Assembly: GCA_045635805.1 (NCBI GenBank)
Contig: JAZTWI010000001.1
Location: 130,103-194,102, forward strand
Length of the DNA: 64,000 nucleotides
Reading direction: 5' to 3'
Origin: Clostridia bacterium
Lineage (GTDB): Bacteria > Bacillota > Clostridia > Christensenellales > UBA1242
The position numbers and the translations under genes were made by a program. The notes beneath the pieces were generated by a model. That model saw only the letters and a list, made by a program, of their open reading frames with translations. It was not told the origin of the DNA and made no database searches. Positions 57,512 to 64,000 of the stretch are shown here, piece by piece; within the stretch, counting starts at the first letter, position 1, and the number at the start of each line of letters is the position of its first letter.

Positions 57512-58474
57512 ATGGAATTAAATCATATTTATAAGAAAACTCAATTACATAAAGTGATATCTAGTGACCTAGCTGCAGATATGCTTAGTCACTGTTATTT
57601 ATTGTCTGGAGTTGACGAAGTTGTCGTTAATTCTTTTGCATACTTTGTTGCTAAAGAGATTTATTGTAAGGAATCAGATTCTCCTTGTGAAAAATGTATT
57701 TCTTGTAGTAAAGTGAATCACAATAATATGGTTGACTTGATTTCTTATCCTAAGGGGGATAAGGGGTTAGTTGTTGATGATATCAATGAGATTGTTAGCG
57801 ACTGTTTTATTAAACCGGTTGAGAGTGAGTATAAGATTTACATTCTTAAAAATTTTGACGAGTGTACCGTTCAAGCACAAAATAAAATTTTAAAAACACT
57901 AGAAGAGCCACCTAAAAATGTTGTGTTTATTTTAACAACAACAAATATAGGTTTAGTTCTTCCAACTATTGCTAGTAGGGCAAAGAAAGTAGAAATAGCC
58001 ACTCTAGAAAAAAGTGATATTGTAGATATCTTGACTGCAGAGAAAGTTGCAAGTGCCGAAGACTTAGCTTGTCTTACTAATTGTAATTTATCTTTGGCTC
58101 TAACTCTCTCAAAATCAAAAGATACAGAGTCGATGGTAAATCTTGCATTTGATGTACTTAGTGGGCTCACTACTAGTGCAGATATTTTAAAGTATAGCAA
58201 TAAGATTACTGCGCTCAAGAAAAATGTACCTGTGTTTTTAAATTTGATTTCATCTATTCTTAGGGATACCGTTGTAGATGAGAAGTACAGAAACTTTGCT
58301 GGTAGAGAAAAAGTCTTTAATGTTTTGAAGACTAAATATTCATCAAAGGCTGTTTCAAAGATTACTAGTCATATCGCCACAATGTTTCTAAGGTTGGAAT
58401 TTAATTGTAATGTGAATGGTCTTATAGATGAGCTGTTGCTCAAAATTTTGGAGGTTAGATTTTTATGTCAATGA
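57512..58474 (+). CDS. holB: DNA polymerase III delta' subunit
   Basis: The HolB-like N-terminus has SHCYLLSG at the usual distance from the start, and contains ILKTLEEPP. The listed start at 57299 overlaps veg and is rejected. Confidence 0.8.
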   Translation: MELNHIYKKTQLHKVISSDLAADMLSHCYLLSGVDEVVVNSFAYFVAKEIYCKESDSPCEKCISCSKVNHNNMVDLISYPKGDKGLVVDDINEIVSDCFIKPVESEYKIYILKNFDECTVQAQNKILKTLEEPPKNVVFILTTTNIGLVLPTIASRAKKVEIATLEKSDIVDILTAEKVASAEDLACLTNCNLSLALTLSKSKDTESMVNLAFDVLSGLTTSADILKYSNKITALKKNVPVFLNLISSILRDTVVDEKYRNFAGREKVFNVLKTKYSSKAVSKITSHIATMFLRLEFNCNVNGLIDELLLKILEVRFLCQ

Positions 58475-59457
58475 TAGGAGTTAAATTTGCTCAGAGTGGT
58501 AAGGTTTTCAATACTCACTCAGATTTAGAACTAGAGATGAATGACATAGTTGTAGTAGACACTATTAGAGGATTGGAACTAGCAATAGTTAGTAAAACTT
58601 CTAGTGAAGAAGTCACAGAAGAAATTAAGTCTGTTATAAGAAAGGCTACCGATGCTGATATCAAGAAGATGGATGAATTAAAGAAACAAGCACCACAGAT
58701 TCAGAAACTTACTAATGAACTTATCGCTAAATACAAGCTAGAGATGAAACTAGTTGACGTTAATTTTACTCTAGATGGAACTAAAGTGATTATTAATTAC
58801 GTTTGTGAAGATAGGGTAGACTTTAGAGAACTTGTAAAAGACTTGGCTAGTTCACTAAGGGCAAGAATTGAACTTAGACAAATAGGTATCAGAGACCAAG
58901 CAAAGATACTAGGCGGTATTGGTTTCTGTGGCAAGGAGTGTTGTTGCAAAAAATACTTAAATGACTTTGATAAAGTTAGTATTAAGATGGCTAAAACTCA
59001 AGGACTTTCACTTAATCCAACTAAGATTAGTGGTATATGTGGAAGGCTAATGTGTTGTCTTGCATACGAGAACGAATTGTATGCAGATATTTCTGTTAAG
59101 ATGCCTAAGCTTAATAGTAAAGTTAAGACAAAAGATGGTATGGGTACTGTTGTATACAATAATATTCTTAAGCAAATCGTTACTGTTAGAGTAGATAACG
59201 ATGGAGATATCAAAGTAGGTGAATATGCTCTAGATGAGATAGAGCAAGTGGCTAAAGTTCAACCTGAAAATAAGCCTAAAGCAAAAGAACCTGCAAAAGA
59301 GAAAAATACTCCTGTAAAAGAAGAAGTTGGACTTAAGAAAAAAGAAGAAAAAGGGGAAGAACAACAAAATAGTCCTTCTCAAGACAAGTCTTTTAAAAAT
59401 AAGAAAAAATTCAATAAGTATAAGAAGAAAAATAATCAAAATAATGGTCAAAAATAA
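58465..59457 (+). CDS. ricT: PSP1-domain protein RicT/YaaT with Lys-rich C-terminal tail
   Basis: The Cys cluster GFCGKECCCKKYL...GICGRLMCCLAYE is typical of PSP1/YaaT, and the gene lies downstream of holB. Confidence 0.85.
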   Translation: MSMIGVKFAQSGKVFNTHSDLELEMNDIVVVDTIRGLELAIVSKTSSEEVTEEIKSVIRKATDADIKKMDELKKQAPQIQKLTNELIAKYKLEMKLVDVNFTLDGTKVIINYVCEDRVDFRELVKDLASSLRARIELRQIGIRDQAKILGGIGFCGKECCCKKYLNDFDKVSIKMAKTQGLSLNPTKISGICGRLMCCLAYENELYADISVKMPKLNSKVKTKDGMGTVVYNNILKQIVTVRVDNDGDIKVGEYALDEIEQVAKVQPENKPKAKEPAKEKNTPVKEEVGLKKKEEKGEEQQNSPSQDKSFKNKKKFNKYKKKNNQNNGQK

Positions 59458-60106
59458 CGAGTGTTTAGAAGATTTACAATGTAATAATCTATTCATTATA
59501 CAAGAAAAAGACGGATATAGATTTACTAGTGATGCTGTAGCCCTTGCTAATTATGTTTCGGTTAAACCTAAGGGCAAGGTGGTTGATTTGTGTAGTGGTA
59601 GTGGAGTGATAGGGATTCTAGTTTCAGCAAAGAATCCTGTTTCTTCTGTGACTCTGGTTGAAATCCAAGATAATCTAGCAGATATGTCCAGAAGGACTCT
59701 TGAATATAATAAAATTACCGATATTATTTCGGTTATTAATTCTCCACTACAGGATATTCATAAGAAAATCGGTGCGGGTATATACGATGTGGTTGTGTGT
59801 AATCCACCATATAAAAAGTGTGGCACTGCTATAGATAAGGGTGCTACTGATACCATATCTATCGCTAAGCACGAAATCAAGGTAACACTAGAAGAAATCA
59901 TTAGAGAAGCTAGTAAATTACTTAAATTTGGTGGTGACTTCTATATTGTCAATAAAGAAGAAAGATTAGTGGATATGATGGTTCTTCTAAGAAACTATGG
60001 TATGGAGTGTAAAGAACTAAAAATACTGCCTAGCAGCAAAGGTGCTAGTGTTGTTATGCTAAAGGCGAGAAAAGGGGGAAAGAGTGGGTTAAAAATCCTA
60101 CTTTAG
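59444..60106 (+). CDS. SAM-dependent methyltransferase (YabB/TrmN6-like, NPPY motif)
   Basis: DLCSGSGVIG SAM motif and VCNPPYKK. ATG 59444 is preferred, because the upstream part of the listed ORF is an alternate-frame reading of the ricT tail. Confidence 0.75.
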   Translation: MVKNNECLEDLQCNNLFIIQEKDGYRFTSDAVALANYVSVKPKGKVVDLCSGSGVIGILVSAKNPVSSVTLVEIQDNLADMSRRTLEYNKITDIISVINSPLQDIHKKIGAGIYDVVVCNPPYKKCGTAIDKGATDTISIAKHEIKVTLEEIIREASKLLKFGGDFYIVNKEERLVDMMVLLRNYGMECKELKILPSSKGASVVMLKARKGGKSGLKILL

Positions 60107-60112
60107 AGAAAT

Positions 60113-60904
60113 ATGTTATACATAGTTGCGACACCGATAGGTAATTTAAAAGAAATCACCCATAGGGCTATTGAAGTGCTAAATTCGGTAGATTATATTG
60201 CTTGTGAAGATACTAGAACTAGCAAGGTTCTACTTGACCATTATGATATAAAGAAAAGACTAGTGGCTTATCATAAGTTTAATGAGCAAAAAGAGTCAAA
60301 AACAATCATTGATGACCTAAGGGCAGGTAAAGACATAGCGCTAATTAGTGATGCTGGTATGCCAGGAATTAGTGACCCAGGTGCAGTTCTTGTAAGGGAA
60401 TTAATCGTAGCGGGGCTAGATTATACAGTTGTGTCTGGGCCTTCGGCTTTTACTAATGCTTTTGTGCTTAGTGGATTTCCTACACCTATGACGTTTGTTG
60501 GTTTTTTACCAGATAATAACGCAGATAGGTTGGCTTTGCTTGAAGATTTATCTAAGTACAATTCAACCCTTATATTCTACTGTTCTCCACACTCTATTGA
60601 AAAAGACATTGAGATGATGTATAATGTAATGGGAGATAGGGACATTGCTGTTGTTAGAGAGATTAGCAAGAAATTTGAAGAAGTTAATTTCTCTACCTTA
60701 AGAGAAGGATATACAGGAACTATTAAGGGAGAATTTGTCGTTCTTATCAAACCTAAAAAACAAGAAGTAACAATGGATATAGATAAAAATTTACAGATAC
60801 TTCTAGATATGGGGCTTACTAAAACCGAAGCGAGTAAGGTTATTGCAAAGGCTAGTGGGCTTAAGAAGAGTGATATCTACAAAAACCTAGTTACTAAGGA
60901 TTAA
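60113..60904 (+). CDS. rsmI: 16S rRNA (cytidine1402-2'-O)-methyltransferase
   Basis: MLYIVATPIGNL...CEDTR...SDAGMPGISDPG pattern. Confidence 0.9.
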   Translation: MLYIVATPIGNLKEITHRAIEVLNSVDYIACEDTRTSKVLLDHYDIKKRLVAYHKFNEQKESKTIIDDLRAGKDIALISDAGMPGISDPGAVLVRELIVAGLDYTVVSGPSAFTNAFVLSGFPTPMTFVGFLPDNNADRLALLEDLSKYNSTLIFYCSPHSIEKDIEMMYNVMGDRDIAVVREISKKFEEVNFSTLREGYTGTIKGEFVVLIKPKKQEVTMDIDKNLQILLDMGLTKTEASKVIAKASGLKKSDIYKNLVTKD

Positions 60905-60907
60905 GAT

Positions 60908-61966
60908 ATGGCAATAGAAGATTACAGAAACTATAAAAAGAAACAGTCCAGCAGTTCTACAAGGTCTTCTAGGTCGTCTAGTACTAGTAGACCAAGAACT
61001 AGTTCTTCTAGTAAGGGTAGGACTTCTAGTGCTAATAGAAGCACGACTAGGAAAAGGCCAACAGGTACTGTTGTAAAGAAAAGAAAAAGAGTAAAAAAAT
61101 ATAGACTTACAAAAGAAGGCAAAGAGTTCTTTCAGAAACTCGGTCTTTACTTTGGTTTGGGTTCTATCGGAGTTGCCACTTTAGTAGGTCTTATCAATGG
61201 GGGCGAAATTGGTAGAACCAAGGCAGAAACCACAAATCCACCAGGGTTATACGGAGAAGACACTAGGGATAAGACTGCAGAAGACATTTTAAATGAAATA
61301 ACAGGTGGCGTAGGAGAAAACGAAACTAAAGATACATATATTTCTTCTTATGGCAAGCAGGATTATTATTTCTGCTCTCAGGAATATGCTCTAGAACTTG
61401 CAGACGATGCTATTGACAATGTAAACGAGATGTTTGAAAATGCTGGTATGAATCCGTTAGTTCCGGGCAGTGAGAATTATTTACCAGAGTATTTTGATAA
61501 ATATATGCTTGCAGGCCTTGCGTTCCAAGAGTCTACATTTAGATATCTAGAAGCAGATGGTGACCCTATATATTCTTCTGTTATGGCCAGGGGAATGTGT
61601 CAATGTAAGGAAGAGACTCTAGACTATGTTAAATGGTATGCTAAGACCGTTCTTGGTGTTGAATTAGACTATGACTTTGAAGACCTAGATGACCCAAGAG
61701 TTAGTATGGAAGTGGCTGCAATGGTTCTAGCGACTAATGCAGAGACTCACTTTAAACCTACTAGAAAAGATAATGCTTTTAGTAAATCAGGAATTAGTTT
61801 TTCTCCACAAGCACAGAAAACCATGATGCTGTCATCATATTATCACGGGGCACAGGGTGTTGTGAATAGACTACTAAAGTCTGGAACAACAACTTCCGAT
61901 TATGCAAAGGGAATTCTCTCAAACGAAGCAATGCTTAGAGAAAAATATGGAGAAATGCAGAGATAA
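60908..61966 (+). CDS. Membrane-anchored lytic transglycosylase (SLT-domain) protein with Ser/Arg/Thr-rich N-terminal tail
   Basis: One TM segment (LGLYFGLGSIGVATLVGLI) and an SLT-like motif set: AFQESTF (catalytic Glu-Ser), RGMCQ and YYHG. Confidence 0.6.
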   Translation: MAIEDYRNYKKKQSSSSTRSSRSSSTSRPRTSSSSKGRTSSANRSTTRKRPTGTVVKKRKRVKKYRLTKEGKEFFQKLGLYFGLGSIGVATLVGLINGGEIGRTKAETTNPPGLYGEDTRDKTAEDILNEITGGVGENETKDTYISSYGKQDYYFCSQEYALELADDAIDNVNEMFENAGMNPLVPGSENYLPEYFDKYMLAGLAFQESTFRYLEADGDPIYSSVMARGMCQCKEETLDYVKWYAKTVLGVELDYDFEDLDDPRVSMEVAAMVLATNAETHFKPTRKDNAFSKSGISFSPQAQKTMMLSSYYHGAQGVVNRLLKSGTTTSDYAKGILSNEAMLREKYGEMQR

Positions 61967-61976
61967 AACAAACAAA

Positions 61977-62026
61977 AACAAGGTCTAATTTTTAAATTTA
62001 GAAGATACAATTATATAGACCTTGTT
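61977..62026 (+). other. Perfect 11-bp inverted repeat with a 28-nt loop, immediately upstream of tRNA-Ser
   Basis: AACAAGGTCTA ... TAGACCTTGTT. The right arm ends 6 nt before the tRNA 5' end. Confidence 0.5.
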
Positions 62027-62032
62027 ATATAT

Positions 62033-62123
62033 GCAGATGTACCGAAGTGGTCGTACCGGGACGCACTCGAAATGCGTTTGTCGAGTAATCGGCACGAGAG
62101 TTCGAATCTCTCCATCTGCGCCA
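62033..62123 (+). tRNA. tRNA-Ser (anticodon CGA), long variable arm
   Basis: Acceptor GCAGATG/CATCTGC, anticodon stem ACGCA/TGCGT, loop CTCGAAA, long variable arm, T arm GAGAG-TTCGAAT-CTCTC, discriminator G, and CCA is encoded. Confidence 0.85.
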
Positions 62124-62152
62124 AAAAACACACCCTGTCTGGGTGTTTTTTT
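62124..62152 (+). terminator. Intrinsic terminator after tRNA-Ser
   Basis: Stem ACACCC/GGGTGT, loop TGTCT, T7 run, with an A run upstream. Confidence 0.65.
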
Positions 62153-62181
62153 ACGCAGTGGAGAGTGTGTGCTATGCACAC
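62153..62181 (+). repeat. GC-rich repeat copy A (contains hairpin GTGTGC-tat-GCACAC)
   Basis: ACGCAGTGGAGAGTGTGTGCTATGCACAC shares the identical 15-nt core GTGGAGAGTGTGTGC with 62326..62354. Confidence 0.7.
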
Positions 62182-62182
62182 T

Positions 62183-62201
62183 GTCCGTGGGTGCCACGGA
62201 C
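62183..62201 (+). other. Stable GC-rich hairpin
   Basis: GTCCGTGG-gtg-CCACGGAC (8-bp stem). Confidence 0.6.
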
Positions 62202-62279
62202 CCTTCGAACTGTATTCGTTTGGGCTTATAAATGTGTGACATTTTGCCAAACGAAATATATTCACTACGTTCATATAGA

Positions 62280-62295
62280 CGAATCCCCCATCTGC
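62280..62295 (+). pseudogene. Degenerate copy of the tRNA-Ser 3' end
   Basis: CGAATCCCCCATCTGC compared with the tRNA sequence CGAATCTCTCCATCTGC (62103..62119). Confidence 0.45.
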
Positions 62296-62325
62296 TACGA
62301 TAAGCACTTATTTAGTGTTTCATTT

Positions 62326-62354
62326 ACGCTGTGGAGAGTGTGTGCAAGACACAC
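62326..62354 (+). repeat. GC-rich repeat copy B
   Basis: ACGCTGTGGAGAGTGTGTGCAAGACACAC. It lies at the same ~30-nt distance from the tRNA-3'-end-like segment as copy A does from the real tRNA end. Confidence 0.7.
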
Positions 62355-62529
62355 CGTTTGTATGGATTACTAACATAGTAAACGATATTTATTGGGATAT
62401 GTAAAATTAAAATTTACTATTACAAATCATATACGTAATTGTCTATGTGTAAATATGGATAGTTACTAAAAGTTGATTTGATTGCGATTCTATGCTATAC
62501 TTTTCTCGTAAAATATTGAGAAGGTAAAC

Positions 62530-63228
62530 TTGAATTTGAAGAATACAAAGACTTTTAAAATTTGTGGTATAGTGTCGCTTGTATTAGTTGTGTTAGTTAT
62601 GATTGTTTGTGTGGTATCCTGTCATATAACAGCGACAATGACCTATGAAGAAAAGGTATCTGTTTTTGCAGAAGAAAATAAAAAATTAAGTAAAAATCAG
62701 ATAGTTTTTTTAGGTGATTCTATTACCGAAAAATATAAAATAAATAGATATTATAGAGATTTAGAGTTGGATTGCTACAATAGGGGAATTAGTGGCGATA
62801 CTACTACTTGGATGTTATCTAGGTTACAGATATCTATATTTGATATTGCTCCATCTACTATTATTTTGATGATAGGAACAAATGATATCAATAATAATAG
62901 AACGCCAGATGAGATTGCAGAAACATATGATACAATTCTTCATTTGATTTCATCGAATTTGCCGAACACTAAGATTTATAGCGTATCTATTATTCCTCAA
63001 AACAATGAATATTCAAGCAATGCTTACGACAACAACGTGTGCATTATGGAGACAAATAATAAAATAAAAAACTTGGTAGAAAAATACAATTACGAATATG
63101 TTAATTTGTATGATAGTCTTGTGGATGTTGATGGATTATTGAAAGAAGAATATTCTAATGATGGTTTGCATCTAAATAGTAGAGGCTATAGAGTTTGGAC
63201 TTCAGTAATGAAGAAAATTTTAATCTAA
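62530..63228 (+). CDS. SGNH/GDSL-family lipase/esterase with N-terminal membrane anchor
   Basis: Block I FLGDSITE, block III GTND, block V DGLHLN. TTG start follows GAGAAGG. Confidence 0.8.
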   Translation: MNLKNTKTFKICGIVSLVLVVLVMIVCVVSCHITATMTYEEKVSVFAEENKKLSKNQIVFLGDSITEKYKINRYYRDLELDCYNRGISGDTTTWMLSRLQISIFDIAPSTIILMIGTNDINNNRTPDEIAETYDTILHLISSNLPNTKIYSVSIIPQNNEYSSNAYDNNVCIMETNNKIKNLVEKYNYEYVNLYDSLVDVDGLLKEEYSNDGLHLNSRGYRVWTSVMKKILI

Positions 63229-63246
63229 TAAGACAAAAAATATTAT

Positions 63247-63269
63247 CACCCCAGAGTGGGTGTTTTTTT
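63247..63269 (+). terminator. Intrinsic terminator after the GDSL gene
   Basis: Stem CACCC/GGGTG, 6-nt loop, T7 run. The sequence resembles the tRNA-Ser terminator. Confidence 0.6.
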
Positions 63270-63289
63270 GTGTGGTTGGGTGTGTGTTC
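63270..63289 (+). repeat. GT-rich motif loosely related to repeats A and B
   Basis: GTGTGGTTGGGTGTGTGTTC follows the T run, as GTGGAGAGTGTGTGC does at 62153. Confidence 0.35.
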
Positions 63290-63488
63290 TTCATATTAAT
63301 GTAAATTCTTAAATTAAAACATTTGTGGTTTTTTATTGTAATTTTGCCAAATTTTATGCCAAAATAAACTTGATTTTACTATATTTATAAAAAATATTTA
63401 TATTTTTTTACAAAATTCCCTAAAACCCCTATCATTTTATTTTTTATTGTGTTACAATTACAAAAAAATAAGAAGGGGGTTTAAGATT

Positions 63489-64000
63489 ATGGCATCATTA
63501 ATGATTCATTTACTGATTGCTCAGGAATATTGCAAAAAGCATAAAATAGATGACGTTGAAGCTTTTCTTCAGGGTAATCTTGCTCCCGATTTAGTTCCTG
63601 TTAAGTGGCCAACACATTATTCTAAGACGCGTACAAATAAGAATCATTTGGAATCAATTATAAATAAAGTTGATTTACCTGCATTCTGTGCTGAAAATGA
63701 TATCTCATCAGATTTTAATAAGGGTCAGTTTTTACATTTGATATCTGACGTTGTTTTCTTTAATAATTACTTAGCACATAACGAAAATTATTTGGCGTTT
63801 GATAATGAAAATCAATTACGTATTCAAAATGTCTTGTATAGGGATTATCATAGAATAAATGATTGGTTGATTAAAACGCGTAAAGATTTAAGGCTAGACC
63901 TAATACCAGAAGATATGCAGTCAAGAAGAGATGATGAGATGGAGATTGTGTCCAAAGATGCAATTGCTAAAATTATAGAATACTGCTCAGATATTGACTT
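63489..64000 (+). CDS. 3'-truncated (window edge) zinc phospholipase C-like metal-dependent hydrolase; paralog of 1..447
   Basis: ATG 63489 follows AAGAAGGGGG, and the frame stays open to the window end. It reads MASLMIHLLIA...GNLAPD...KGQFLHLISDVVFF. This ORF is not in the supplied track because it has no stop codon. Confidence 0.55.
   Translation, partial: MASLMIHLLIAQEYCKKHKIDDVEAFLQGNLAPDLVPVKWPTHYSKTRTNKNHLESIINKVDLPAFCAENDISSDFNKGQFLHLISDVVFFNNYLAHNENYLAFDNENQLRIQNVLYRDYHRINDWLIKTRKDLRLDLIPEDMQSRRDDEMEIVSKDAIAKIIEYCSDID

Noticed and set aside
234-61122. Numerous 60-135-aa listed ORFs antisense to or nested in long genes (e.g. 234..419, 2119..2430, 5273..5539, 6318..6644, 13021..13275, 19357..19626, 22193..22561, 37931..38329, 44010..44417, 51516..52016, 54077..54454, 55980..56360, 59230..59496, 60931..61122)
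   Set aside because: They are shadow ORFs on the opposite strand or in alternate frames of well-supported genes. They have low-complexity Ser/Leu/Ile/Phe-rich translations, no RBS and no recognisable motifs.
61985-62373. Four overlapping listed ORFs (61985..62242 -, 62011..62307 -, 62022..62231 +, 62143..62373 +) in the GC-rich block
   Set aside because: They overlap the tRNA-Ser gene, its terminator and each other on both strands, and they lack RBSs. Their openness is explained by the locally high GC content. I treat the block as non-coding.
1-64000. CRISPR arrays, IS elements, integrases, prophage genes, rRNA
   Set aside because: Reading both strands, I found no regularly spaced direct repeats, no transposase or integrase-like ORFs, no terminal inverted repeats bounding a gene set, and no rRNA-like sequence.

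Overview
This window is an AT-rich, Bacillota-type chromosomal segment with about 62 protein-coding genes, 3 tRNA genes (Thr-CGU, Thr-GGU, Ser-CGA) and many readable intrinsic terminators. The content is mostly housekeeping. Local gene orders echo the origin-proximal region of Bacillus subtilis: holB-ricT-yabB-like-rsmI, metG-tatD-rsmA, veg, a walJ-like MBL gene with htrA and rlmH, tadA, pth-mfd, and spmAB. Also present are envelope-precursor genes (glmS, glmM, a GlmU-type acetyltransferase, a UgtP-like glycosyltransferase), NAD genes (nadE, Nudix, NMNAT), uvrC, helD, mgtE, efp and a two-gene SufC/SufBD-like pair. I found no transposase, integrase, phage structural gene, CRISPR array, rRNA or recognisable riboswitch, so I cannot point to a multi-gene novel system with confidence. 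The observations most worth a second look are: (1) a promoter, 36-codon uORF and strong intrinsic terminator placed directly in front of helD, with the uORF stop codon at the tip of the terminator hairpin; (2) a monocistronic, more AT-rich HEPN(RNxxxH)-CBS-pair gene next to tRNA-Thr; (3) GlmU split into a stand-alone acetyltransferase (operon with glmM-glmS) and a syntenic GlmU-like protein with degenerate uridyltransferase motifs; (4) a GC-rich, hairpin-dense non-coding stretch after tRNA-Ser that holds a degenerate copy of the tRNA 3' end, terminator and a 15-nt-core repeat, with a looser third copy after the adjacent GDSL gene; (5) a 1368-aa DUF4011-type SF1 helicase/REase-like nuclease; (6) two unknown small proteins translationally coupled to uvrC; (7) an apparently leaderless holB. 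All family calls come from motif reading and memory, not database searches.
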